64,000 bases of DNA from Halocafeteria seosinensis (Eukaryota), in the NCBI GenBank assembly GCA_001687465.1, contig LVLI01000643.1, positions 1 through 64,000 on the forward strand. Reading direction: 5' to 3'. The translations under genes and the position numbers were made by a program. Positions 51,723 through 63,092 of this stretch are shown here, piece by piece (position 1 is the stretch's first letter; every line of letters starts with the position of its first letter). The notes beneath the pieces are model-generated. The model was given only the letters and a program-made list of their open reading frames with translations. It was not told where the DNA came from and did no database searches.

Positions 51723-54557
51723 ATGAAAAATAGCGCTGCTTCGAACCCTCCTAGACGTGTGTTTAAAGCGAATTCCAGAGGTTCTTGGAACATGCCGGGC
51801 ATGATGCAAGATAAACGCCTAATCGCGATAGTTGCTGTTGTTGTGACATTCCTCGTGTACGTCACATTCAGGCCCATCCCCGAATCCGGTAGTATCAGGA
51901 GACGCCCTGATACAGGTCACTCCAATATAAGACAATCTACGGGGAGCCATGCCCCTCCTCCCAGTGACCAAACTAGCCCCGGACAGTCCCAGTCATCAGC
52001 CAACGATGAGGGTGAGAAAACTTATACTCACAAAGAACTGGATACTATCGAAGAAAAATTTGAGCCGGGACCGAAGAAGCCACTTAATCCGCCTCATGGA
52101 GGAGAACTCGTGGATCTTTTAGCATCCTCCTCCAGGGCGCGAGAACTAAAGACCGAAGTGGCGCCGAAATTAAAGAGCTGGACCCTGAGCTCCAGGCAGC
52201 TGTGCGATCTTGAGTTGATTGCAAACGGAGGCTTCTCGCCCTTGAATGCATTCATGGATAAAAAGAACTATGAGAGTGTTGTCGAAAATATGCGATTGAG
52301 TGAGGACTACAATAACCTGCTGTGGCCTATGCCAATTACACTTGATGTCTCGGAGGACTTCTCCCGCGACGTAGAGAAGGGTACCCAGCTTGCACTTCGT
52401 GATGAGTTTTTCAATTTGATTGCGGTGATGACAGTCTCCGACAAGTATACTCCGGACAAAGAGAATGAAGCACAGAAAGTGTTCCGAACTACGGATAGAT
52501 CCCATCCTTCGGTTGGTTATCTGTTTTACCAGGCTGGAAATGTCTACTTGGGGGGTTCTTTTGAAGTGGTCGAGTATCCGAAGCACTACGACTTCCCAGA
52601 GCACCGACGCACTCCTAAGGAACTCCGGGAGTATGTGGAATCATTGGGTTGGAGTCGGTTCCTTGCTTTTCAAACCCGTAATCCGATGCACCGAGCACAC
52701 ATTGAATTGACCAGACTGGTACAGGATGAGCATGATGTGGGTGTTATCATTCATCCTTCCGTTGGGATGACCAAACCAGGAGATGTTGCTCACTATGTTC
52801 GCATCCGGTGCTATAAGGCCATCTTGGATAGCCACCGCTATTACAAGCGGAACGGGGCTGCACTCTCCCTGTTGCATTTGGCAATGCGGATGGCAGGTCC
52901 TCGCGAGGCAGTCTGGCATGCTTTGATCCGAAAGAACCACGGAGCGTCCCACTTCATTATCGGGCGGGACCACGCTGGGTGTAAGGATGCGAATGGGGAA
53001 GACTTTTATGGTCCCTATGATGCGCAAGAGCTGGCTCAGCAATACGAAGATGAACTAGGTATCACCTTGGTCAGGTTTAAGAAGGTTGTCTATGTGCCCG
53101 CCGAAGACAAATATTTCCCTGAAGACAGACTATCTGAAGGGGCGAAGACGTTGTCACTGAGCGGGACTCAATTCCGTGCTATGATGAACGCCGGCTCCCC
53201 GATTCCGGCTTGGTTTTCCGATCCGGAAGTTATTCGCATTTTGCAAGAAGTATCTCCTCCGAAGCACAAACGCGGGTTTGCTATCTTCTTCTCTGGTCTT
53301 TCTGGCGGGGGTAAGACCACAGTCAGTCAAGCTCTTATTTCGAAGATCAAACAAGTCCTTCCTACCCGGCACATCACGATGCTGGACGGAGATGTGGCAC
53401 GCACTCATTTGTCGTCGGAGTTGGGTTTCTCCGTTGCTGACCGGAACCTGAACATTGCTCGAATGGGCTTCGTTGCAGCTGAAGCGGTGCGACATACAGG
53501 AATCGTCGTTGCATCCACTATTTCTCCTTTTGAAAAATCTAGGGAAGAATCGCGAAAGCTGGTTGATGATACTGGTGGCCGGTTTATTCTGGTGCAAATG
53601 TCGACCAGTGCCCAGGTCTGTGCCGACCGAGATGTGAAGGGGCTTTACGCCATGGCCCGTGACAAGAAGGTCGATCTCACCGGGGTAAGCCATCCGTATG
53701 AGCAACCGGAAAAGGCGGATCTCATCATCAATGGGGAAGTTGTCCCAGTGGAGACAAGTGCTGAAATGATCCTTGCTTGGCTTTACAACGAAGGCTACCT
53801 GACAAAAGAAGTCGTTGGAGAGTCCATTGCAAGCATAGACCTGAAGAATGACGGAGTCACTACCAGTGAAACTCCTGATGCGGGATCACGGAACTGCATT
53901 AACCGTGCAGGCGGGACATCTGGAAGCAAACGCCCATTGCTTGTGTTTGTTGTATCCGCCACACCAGAACAGCCCATTGCGACCGCAGCCCAGAGCATTG
54001 CTGAGCGGGCCCATGCCTCGTCTGTTGATGTATCTAACAGCGTATTTACCGATCTCGCAACGGAGCGTGTACAGTCTCGATTCGATGAGACAGCTCGAAA
54101 GAAGGGGAAGACTGCGGCAAGAGTCGGCAAAGATGTGATGACGAGTTTCTCTGAGGATGACAAACCTGAGCCTGCTTTTACAATTTGGCAATCAGTACGG
54201 ATAGCCGGGCGAACGGGCCAGAAATCAATAACTGGAACTGAAAAGCTTCCAGAAGACGTTGATGGTATAACAGCAGTGACTGAGATACCAAAGGCCCCCG
54301 AAGCAGAAGTTGTTACCCTTCCTCCGAATGCCATTTCTATTATACCAAATCTCCTGCGAATTGATCCTTGTGCCCAAGCCGTCATTGCGAACGTTGACCA
54401 GAATGGTGGAAACGGTGTCGCTCACGGGCTTCAAGCTCGTTTCCCGACTCGGATTGCTCTGGCAAATGCCGAGGGGGAGACTCTTAAGTCTTCGGACGAG
54501 AGTAAAGAGTATGCTACCGTAGATGGAATAGTTAAGTCGGTTAATCAGGCCCAGTAA
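51723..54557 (+). CDS. Membrane-anchored bifunctional ATP sulfurylase-APS kinase (PAPS synthase) with C-terminal extension, intronless
   Basis: PHGGELVDL, FQTRNPMHRAH, HFIIGRDHAG (ATP sulfurylase); GLSGGGKTT, LDGD, RDVKGLY, TGVSHPYEQP (APS kinase); N-terminal TM helix. Confidence 0.93.
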   Translation: MKNSAASNPPRRVFKANSRGSWNMPGMMQDKRLIAIVAVVVTFLVYVTFRPIPESGSIRRRPDTGHSNIRQSTGSHAPPPSDQTSPGQSQSSANDEGEKTYTHKELDTIEEKFEPGPKKPLNPPHGGELVDLLASSSRARELKTEVAPKLKSWTLSSRQLCDLELIANGGFSPLNAFMDKKNYESVVENMRLSEDYNNLLWPMPITLDVSEDFSRDVEKGTQLALRDEFFNLIAVMTVSDKYTPDKENEAQKVFRTTDRSHPSVGYLFYQAGNVYLGGSFEVVEYPKHYDFPEHRRTPKELREYVESLGWSRFLAFQTRNPMHRAHIELTRLVQDEHDVGVIIHPSVGMTKPGDVAHYVRIRCYKAILDSHRYYKRNGAALSLLHLAMRMAGPREAVWHALIRKNHGASHFIIGRDHAGCKDANGEDFYGPYDAQELAQQYEDELGITLVRFKKVVYVPAEDKYFPEDRLSEGAKTLSLSGTQFRAMMNAGSPIPAWFSDPEVIRILQEVSPPKHKRGFAIFFSGLSGGGKTTVSQALISKIKQVLPTRHITMLDGDVARTHLSSELGFSVADRNLNIARMGFVAAEAVRHTGIVVASTISPFEKSREESRKLVDDTGGRFILVQMSTSAQVCADRDVKGLYAMARDKKVDLTGVSHPYEQPEKADLIINGEVVPVETSAEMILAWLYNEGYLTKEVVGESIASIDLKNDGVTTSETPDAGSRNCINRAGGTSGSKRPLLVFVVSATPEQPIATAAQSIAERAHASSVDVSNSVFTDLATERVQSRFDETARKKGKTAARVGKDVMTSFSEDDKPEPAFTIWQSVRIAGRTGQKSITGTEKLPEDVDGITAVTEIPKAPEAEVVTLPPNAISIIPNLLRIDPCAQAVIANVDQNGGNGVAHGLQARFPTRIALANAEGETLKSSDESKEYATVDGIVKSVNQAQ

Positions 54558-54656
54558 GAGCCCCGGCTTGTGTTCGATTTTGCTGAATTGACTAGTCTCT
54601 AGCCACACACGATGCTGTAGTTGTAGCAGCCATAACATTTCAATATACAACAACTT

Positions 54657-56378
54657 CTATATTGGCAACTCGAATCTCACACCGACATCGATTTCTTCTG
54701 CCTGTTTGACAATATCTGCCATTTTTACTGCCTTGCTGGCAGCGACGTCCATTTCGTCAATCATAAACATTCGAAAACCGGAGTTTTCAATCAATTCTTT
54801 CGCCTGCTTCATATTTGTACCCCGCAAACGACAGACCAATGGTTTCGATAAACCGATATTCTTTGCAGCATTCACAATGCCTTGAGCTATAACATCGCAA
54901 CGCATAATACCACCGAAGATGTTAACAAAAATAGTCTGGACTGTCTTGTCGTTATCCAGAATTTCAAATGCTTTCTGGACCTGCATTTCAGTAGCACCCC
55001 CACCGACGTCTAGAAAATTCGCCGGATTCCCTCCATTCAGTTTAATTGCATCCATGGTAGCCATCGCCAGACCAGCCCCATTAACCATACAGCCGATGTT
55101 GCCGTCGAGGCCGATGTAATTCAAGTCGTATTGGGACGCTTCCACTTCTCGGGGATCCTCTTGCGAAGGATCTCGTTTTGAAAAGATATCAGGCTGTCGA
55201 AACGCAGCATTGTCATCAAAATTAATTTTTGCATCGCACACAAGAATTTCTCCGTCTGGCGTCTCACAAAGAGGATTAACCTCTATTAGAGTCGCGTCAG
55301 TGGCTAGGTACATCTCGTACAGTTTTTGAATAAGATCAGCAGCCTGTAAAGGGAAAAGAAGTTCAACCAATTCTAGTGTATTCATAATTTCGGAACGCCA
55401 CGTGTATCTTACCTTAGTCACAGAGTCACCTGTCATCCCTAAGAAATCAGCCAAACGTTCCGCTTCCTGCAAGGATAGCCCATTATATTTGACATTGGAA
55501 CGACGGAGCGCGGAGAGGTTCTGCATACCTCTCTAGTTACACCTTTAGAAATGTCTATATACGATTTAGTTATGGCTTCAGGGGTATTTTGAGCCACTTC
55601 CTCTATACTGGTGCCACCCTTAGCAGATGCCACAATCACTGGCCCCGACGACTGCCTATCCATGACAATGGAGAGATACAGCTCTCTTCGCATGTACACT
55701 CGCTCCATCAAGAACACTTTGTTCACTGGTCTTCCTTCTGAGCCAGTCTGCTTAGTGATAAGTCGTTGTCCCAGCATCTTCTCGGCGTATTCCTTGGCTT
55801 GGCCAGCACTGTCGGAAGCCGTTACATTACAATACGTCAATCAGATACGGACGGCAACATCCCCAGAACAGTAGCACATTAACATACCGCGTGACAACGT
55901 GGACTCCTCCTTGGAATCCATTCGTAAATGTTCCCATGCCTCGCCCACCTGCTAGTACCTGAGCCTTGATAACTACATCGGCTTTTTCTGCAAACTCGGA
56001 ACATTGACAACTCGGAACTCAACCTAAATTCGCCGTCATTCCGCTTACCTCCACCAGCCAATGAAGATACATAAGCATTCTCAGCTTCCTCTGGCGTCGT
56101 TGCAACCACACCTCGAGGCGTAGGAATGCTATACTGTCCCATCAATTCCATGGAAGCGTGCTCGTGGAGGTTGAGAAACCTTTTCTGCTGCAGTTGTTGC
56201 TGAGCTCCCACCATAGGAATCTGCGGGGACGGGGATCAAAGCTTAGTTGGGACAAAAAAAAAACATGGAGTGAAATGGGAAAAGCAGAGGCTGTACATAC
56301 CTCCACAGAGGCCGCCGCCGTTCGACCCATGTTGGATCGCGCCAACGAGCCCACAGACTTTAAAGCAAATGCCATCAT
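54657..56378 (-). CDS. Succinyl-CoA ligase beta subunit, mitochondrial, multi-exon
   Basis: [66 protein letters not shown]. Confidence 0.96.
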
Positions 56379-56596
56379 GCAATCCGGAGAAAATTCAACC
56401 AACCAATCTCGTGGAGCAGTGCGCAGTCACTCGGTCCGTCAATAGAAGCGGTCAGAGTCATCCAATACAACTCAAGGGCCCTTGTACAACGTGGAAAAGC
56501 TCCCAACAAGGTACTGCATCGCGGAGCTTTTCTGCGGAAGACAGACCGCCGAAAAGTTTGTTCGATCGGAAATTCACCAAGCTTCAAGCCCATGCA

Positions 56597-57565
56597 ATGC
56601 ATGTTGCGGGGAAGAGAATAGAGACTCAGTTGGTCAGTGTTGATTTATGCAAGAAAAAGTTTGTACTGAATACGGTAAAGAGAGGAAGTGAGCAGAAATT
56701 CCGCTGCAGAATAGGCGCGACGAGAGCAGCTAGTCTTGCTCCAGTCAGCTGGCAGTTGTACTTCAAATTCTTCTGTTCTATCTTCTTGTGGCATCATTTG
56801 GTAATTATTGGTGCCATCTCACAGGTAGTTTATTACCTAGCATTCAGCAGTGCTGAATTGTTTTGAACAACCCAGGAGACTGGTCTGTTATTTGGAAGTC
56901 GTTGGAACAGCGTTCACAGGAGGAAAGGAATTCTAGGAATCGAGGAGGAATCGGGAATTCCACTGCTTACCGTTCTTCTCCAGGAATATTTGCGACAGCA
57001 ACGCGTTGCCCTCTTTAAACTCGATACTACTTGAACAATAATGAGAGAGGGCCAAGCAAAGGATCGACTCGCTGCAGCAATATCTTCGTTCTTGTTCACT
57101 ACAGCCAGAGGCACCGAGTCGGCACTCTACCAAACCATTACTCGAGAGGAGCTCCTGAACAAGGCTTCCATGGGAATAAAAACGACCTACTGCAGCATAA
57201 AATACCTCAACATTTGCTATAAGTCGATAATCCGAAGGGACAACCAATTCATTACGGACAGCTTCGACCACATGACATCGATTATGCAGCATTCCGAAAT
57301 ATGCCTCCTGCACTTGATTCTGAACTGTCTTCGCCGTATACATGGCATGATCGAGAGGCAATACTGCGATCTCAGTAGTAGAGAGGCATACCGTGCTTCG
57401 CTAGCACCACAATTGATCGGAGCCATTGCCACAGTCTATCCGAGCCTTGTTACCTCAGTAAATCACGGATGTACTGGAACTAGTATTAGAAATGAGGACC
57501 CTGAACAAGAACTGTTCACCATGGAAGTTGGTGCACATGCAGATGTTGCAGGGCAACACAAGTAA
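56597..57565 (+). pseudogene. Reading frame interrupted by two in-frame TGA codons (pseudogene or unresolved gene)
   Basis: ORFs 56270-56866 and 57041-57565 share a frame and are separated only by TGA at 56864 and 57032. Confidence 0.35.
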
Positions 57566-57596
57566 CGGTCTCAAAAGTATTCCTGGGGACGTTATT

Positions 57597-59097
57597 CTAT
57601 AGCAGCTGTTCGACAGTCTGAAGGTCGCCAGTAATATTTTTGTGGTGAGCCTCCAACGTCCCTGCTCCGATTTCTGTCAGCTTCGAATCACGCCAAAAGC
57701 CCTCTATGCGAGGAGAAATAGTGCCGTATCCACTGCAATAACCTTCCCATTCAAGCATTTGAATTGCTCTATCACATGCCCGTTTACATGCCGGCGCACA
57801 AAATAATTTCACCCCATCGCTGTCGATACGATTACCGCTACTGTTTAAATCTAAATTTCTCGCCAAATTGTACGTATATGCGCGGCCTGCCGAATACTCA
57901 GCGTATGTCTCGGCAATGTATTTCTGGAACTGATCATGATAGTACTGTTTATCATGCACCTTAATGAAGCCATGCATTGCTTGAAGAGCTCGTCGCATCA
58001 TCCCCAGAGACATGGCAGCTGCATAGAAGTACAAGAAGTGTTACGGGGAAAGGTACCGCCTTCTGATAGGACACCGTCATACCGGATACAAGGCGCTCAA
58101 ATTCCAGGTTCCGCATCATGTGCTTCGCTGCTTCTCCCTCTTCCCCTACTAGGTTATCTACTGGAACCTGCAGAAGTCAGCATTGGCAAAACCATTGTGT
58201 ACACTTTTCATCTATCTCTGGAACGTGACAAATAGAGCAACTTCTTTACCTCTGCTTCATCAAACAGGAGTTCTGCAGTGGGACTTGTTCGCATTCCACA
58301 CTTATGTCTTATCTGCTGTCCCAAAGAAAATCCAGTAGTACCCTTCTCCACGAGGAACAATGAGTAGTTTGATCCCGGCTTATCTCTGAACAGAAAGAAT
58401 AACCTGGGATCATTGGAACGCGCTCAATAAATGAGAAGGACCACTGCGCTTACCCGGTGCCCGTTTTAGCGTACACGAGAAACGCGTCACCCAGTTCGTT
58501 TCCTCCTATAGTGCCGTTAGTAATCCACATTTTTCTTCCATTGAGAATGTACTTATCACCTCTCTTTTCAGCCTTCGTTTTCATCGCCAATACATCCGTT
58601 CCGCAACTTGGTTCGGACATGGCCATCCCACAAATGGCTTCGGCGGTTCGCGCCCGAGGAATACAGCGATTGCACTGTTCCTCACTTCCATTAGTCCTTA
58701 GGTTGTGCATAAACAGGACTGTGTGAGCCATGTAAGATAGACAAAAGGAAGGGTAAGCTGCACAAAATTCTTCATGGGTAATGGCGGCTGATGTAGCGTC
58801 CGTTCCTGTCGACAACGCGAAAACATCTTCGGCTCCGGCCTTCCGGAAGAGATCAATGTTAAATGTTTCCCCAGACTCAGCCACTGGCTCAATGTAATTC
58901 TTCACGAACGCTTGTGCCTTCCGCTTAATCTCTATATGCTCTTCGGTGGGCAAAAATATACTGGGTGTGAAAAACCGAACGCTATGAGATCCCCGTAGAC
59001 TCAACTTCGGAGGCCTCCGCATCACCCGCAACTTGTGCGGAAGATGCCTCTTGATCATCACTGCTCTTGGCACTCGGCACCGCCTACATGATACCAT
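57597..59097 (-). CDS. Isovaleryl-CoA dehydrogenase-like acyl-CoA dehydrogenase (divergent), multi-exon
   Basis: FCLSYMAHTVL, GMAMSEPSCGTDVLAMKT, YILNGRKMWITNG, MMRNLEFER, WRDSKLTEIGAGT. Confidence 0.88.
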
Positions 59098-59451
59098 TAA
59101 TTCATCAGGAGTTATAGCTCAGAGAAGGACTATTCGGTAAAAGATTAGCTGTACGGGGGTATGCAGTAGCCGCCCACTCGACGACTCGTACATGTAACTT
59201 CAACATCTCCATGGTACCGAATTGTTTGTCGTGTCAGTTGGGGTTAAGACAAAACCATGTGGAGGAGTTGCGGGCCGGCTTATTGACGCTTTCAATAGGA
59301 GATTTGGAGTACTTTTGTTTCATTACCCCTTGGGAGGCAAATACTGCGTCTAGTGTGGGAGAATCACCTGTGATATCCCCAAGAAAACTGGATCTCTCTA
59401 CAGAGTTTACGCGGCCGCTGGAAGAACGTTAAAGCAAAACAACATAGCAAA

Positions 59452-60290
59452 ATGGGGCTTTTATCGTTGCTCAGAAAATTGAAGAAGAGTGATAAGGAAG
59501 CAAGAGTCCTTGTCCTTGGGTTAGATAACGCTGGAAAGACGACAATCCTCAAGGCCCTTTCGGAAGAAGATATTACTCAGTAAGTCCGTTCTGAGTCTCG
59601 CATTTGAACTCCACCCAGGATCATACCCGCGTTTATTATGGGTTTGGCACAGTATCATGCCCACTCAAGGCTTCAATATTAAGAGTATCCATAAAGACGG
59701 ATTTAAACTGAACGTGTGGGATGTCGGCGGTAAGTAACCGAGATAAAGAAAACAGCCTCCATTCCGGTATTCTATGCACATTCTCTTTTTGTTTCCAGGA
59801 CAAAAGACCATTCGTCCCTACTGGAGGAACTACTTCGATAATACAGATGCCCTTGTAAGTTCTCTTTGATGTGTGGACGTGAATAGTATCCTCTGTAACT
59901 CGCGGAACCCGCTGCAAACATGCGCAGGTGTATGTTGTTGACAGTGCCGATCAAGCCCGCTTAGAGGAAGTCAACATTGAACTCACGAAACTGCTTACTG
60001 AGGAAGAAAAGCTTGCTGGCGTACCGTTGCTTGTTTTTGCTAACAAACAAGACTTACTGAGCGCTCTCTCAGCTGCTGATGTAAGTCGCATTAAGCCACC
60101 TACAGAGCTGCTGTGGATAGGATTATATTTCTGTTGCTGGACACAGATTTCTGTTGGTCTAGACTTGCATTCGATCAAAGACCGTGCATGGCAAATCCAA
60201 GCTTGTTCTGCGAAGAAGGCCGATGGGTTGCAGGAAGGTATGGAGTGGTTGATTAAGACCGTGCAAGAGCGAGAATCGGAAAAGAAATAG
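59452..60290 (+). CDS. ARL3: ADP-ribosylation factor-like 3, multi-exon
   Basis: [63 protein letters not shown]. Confidence 0.95.
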
Positions 60291-60935
60291 TGTGCTCAAT
60301 TTGCCAAAAGAGAATACCGACGACGATGAATATTAAAGTTTTATTCAAAGCAGATATCTGTTTCATTAATGGAGTCTCCTTACATGTTTTCATAAATGAC
60401 ACACTACCAATTCGAGGCGTTGTACGTTAGACAGAGCCAACTCGAGGGTGTCAACTTCATTCACTACAGCAGGTCATCTCTGAATGCGAAGTAACCACGG
60501 CTTCACGAGCATCAACGGATGGATAGTCTTAGTCGTAACTGGCTTTGCCACGCCCGACCCACTGTCGTAACCATCTGCATACTTCGTCCCAAGAACTCCC
60601 AACCTGGCAAACACATCTTGGAATAAGTCTCGACTTAGGCAAGACTTGTGTTTTTGTAAAGATAGTTGTACTCAAGTCGCGAGTAAGTATATGGGGAACG
60701 CTGAGAAAAGAGGAGCCATCGCTCATCCGTCTTCAGCTTCGCTAATGCAGATTTCACCAGGTACTCACTGCTTGAATACACAGTAAACGATACCACTAAT
60801 TTCTGTACTGTATCTGGTACGTTCCTTAGAATGCCGTAGTACCTACACTAGACGGGAAGCAAATTGCTTCCGAAAGCCACATGATCTTTCTTCCAATTCT
60901 TCCAATGGTTTTCACTTCCTGTTTTTTCTGTTCAA

Positions 60936-63092
60936 TTAGAATTCCAATATACTCGTCATAACATCGTCAAGAGGTCCCAGTGCTCGGCAATTTTTCCCCG
61001 ACCTTATTGCAGATTGAAGGGCTGATAGTTCGCGACAGACAATTGGATTCTCCTTCAACATCTTGCTAACCATGTATTGGAGGTTGTCCAATGAAGGCAA
61101 GTCTAGTCTCTGCGGAGCGAGTCCTTTGCTGTCTTCACGGAAACCGTAAGATTCGGATTGGATGGATTCCTTTAGGCCATAGTTTGCATCCTCGTTCAAT
61201 TTTTGGGTAACTTGGTTCAAAACTGTAGCCAAAGGCATAGTCTCTACAACACTTTTCTGTTTTGCCAGAGAACGAGCAAACTGGAATAGCCATGCCACCT
61301 CGGCTATCATTCCAATTCCATCTGCAAATAAAGGAAACTTGTCAAAGACGACAGGGTCCGCGAACTTATCATCAAACGGTAGCGAGACGTCCACACGCCC
61401 TAGACCCTCCAGTATACGGAACAAATTCAGAACGAGGTGCAGGACGAGGTGCATGAAAAAGTCGCGGAGATACTTTTTCTCTCGTTCGATAGGAGTTCGA
61501 CGACGGGCTGCTGTGGTGCGATATTTTAATATATATCGACTGAAAACCATTCCCACTTCTTGCGAAGAACGTTCCGATTCCCAGTGTTCCGTGGTGTATC
61601 CAAAGAACCAAGACAAACGGAACGACAACATTTTGGCATGGTTGGTGACTCGGTGCATGATTTCAATCGCTTCCATAGCGCCTTTCCGATTACCCGTAGG
61701 TATGTACTGACTTCCAGGTTTAAGCCACGACAAATCCGTCAGCTGCACATTGCAAGCAGTCTGAATAAAATCATCTACAGCATGAAGAAGCGCCCAACGG
61801 ATCTCGCCATCGCAAATATCTTCGTCTTCCCGTTCGAATTCGTAGTAGCGATCAACCATAGCATCACACAAAGTATTCCACTCCATGAAGGATAAATGTT
61901 GCAAAACATTTTCTGAGTCATCGGCATCGCAATTCTCGATGAGTGTAGACATAGCACAGGTAGCTTCTTCCAACCTTGTTCGAAGGCACATGTACCGTAG
62001 GCTAGTTCGTTTCGTTTGACAATCTTCAGAGAGTAGCTCCTCAGCGCACTCCTCCATGTCGTCCAATAGAGTTTGTCGGTACATGTGTAAAGAATAAATC
62101 ATGTCCTCGATAGCAGTTCCCTTCAAACTCGCAAGCAGTCTGTCGAGATGGTCATAAAACGAGGACACCGAGTCACTGGTCTGCGGGATTTCTTGGAACG
62201 TGTTTTGCTCTCTGCTTGTTATGTTACTCTCGACGGGAGTATCCCCTCCACTGCAAGTGGTTGGCTCTGCAGAGGCGCCGCCGTGAGCCGCTGTACTGGC
62301 CTGCGGTGATTCGCCAATACTTTGCTCACGACCAGTTTTTGGTTCCGCAGAAGGGTCCTGGTTTCCAGATGGCCCTCCCATGCCTGACGGCGGAGATGAT
62401 CCACGTGACACTGTGGACTTTCTTAACGCACGTTCTATCTCTACACATTCCTTTAAGAAACTTTCTACTGTTGTTGAGTGAACTGGGCAAAGGAAGTAGT
62501 GCCACTGTTTGCCTCGAGCACCATCTTGTTGGAAACGAATAGCACCGGCATCTCCACAATCTGTGGCTTTTTGCAGAAAGCCCTCACGAGGCTTCTGGGT
62601 GCCGTCAGAAAAGGATACACCTTCATTACTTTGAGAGTCTCTGGGTACGACAATCTTGAGATGGCTAGCTGTTATGCTTGGGTGTCCAAGCGAACCACTG
62701 CTACCTGTTCGTCTTTCTAGAGCGAAGTCTCCTTTCCTTATGCTGCCTATGTCTTTCTTGTCAAATACTTCTTGGACAACTTTGACGTTCTCTTGATCAT
62801 CAATACTTATAGCGAACACAAGTGCTCTCATCTTCGCTTCTTTTTTCTTTGCGGGTTTCTCTACCCACCAGAAAGGCTGACGAATAAAAATGAAGGGTCG
62901 CTCACACTGCAATAACGGCAAAGACCCGTATCCGATGCCTCTACACTCGATCTCTTCGCTGCATAGAGACGTAGCCAATTGTTTTGCCAAGTCCCTGTTG
63001 GTCATATTTTCCTCTGTCCGCTTTGCCTGCTGTGCTGCTGCAGGAGAAAACTCTCGTCTCTGCTTTTCATTGCTTATGGCTTTCCCATGCAT
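60936..63092 (-). CDS. Hypothetical protein (about 720 aa)
   Basis: Long uninterrupted ORF; no family recognised. Confidence 0.75.
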   Translation of the reverse strand: MHGKAISNEKQRREFSPAAAQQAKRTEENMTNRDLAKQLATSLCSEEIECRGIGYGSLPLLQCERPFIFIRQPFWWVEKPAKKKEAKMRALVFAISIDDQENVKVVQEVFDKKDIGSIRKGDFALERRTGSSGSLGHPSITASHLKIVVPRDSQSNEGVSFSDGTQKPREGFLQKATDCGDAGAIRFQQDGARGKQWHYFLCPVHSTTVESFLKECVEIERALRKSTVSRGSSPPSGMGGPSGNQDPSAEPKTGREQSIGESPQASTAAHGGASAEPTTCSGGDTPVESNITSREQNTFQEIPQTSDSVSSFYDHLDRLLASLKGTAIEDMIYSLHMYRQTLLDDMEECAEELLSEDCQTKRTSLRYMCLRTRLEEATCAMSTLIENCDADDSENVLQHLSFMEWNTLCDAMVDRYYEFEREDEDICDGEIRWALLHAVDDFIQTACNVQLTDLSWLKPGSQYIPTGNRKGAMEAIEIMHRVTNHAKMLSFRLSWFFGYTTEHWESERSSQEVGMVFSRYILKYRTTAARRRTPIEREKKYLRDFFMHLVLHLVLNLFRILEGLGRVDVSLPFDDKFADPVVFDKFPLFADGIGMIAEVAWLFQFARSLAKQKSVVETMPLATVLNQVTQKLNEDANYGLKESIQSESYGFREDSKGLAPQRLDLPSLDNLQYMVSKMLKENPIVCRELSALQSAIRSGKNCRALGPLDDVMTSILEF

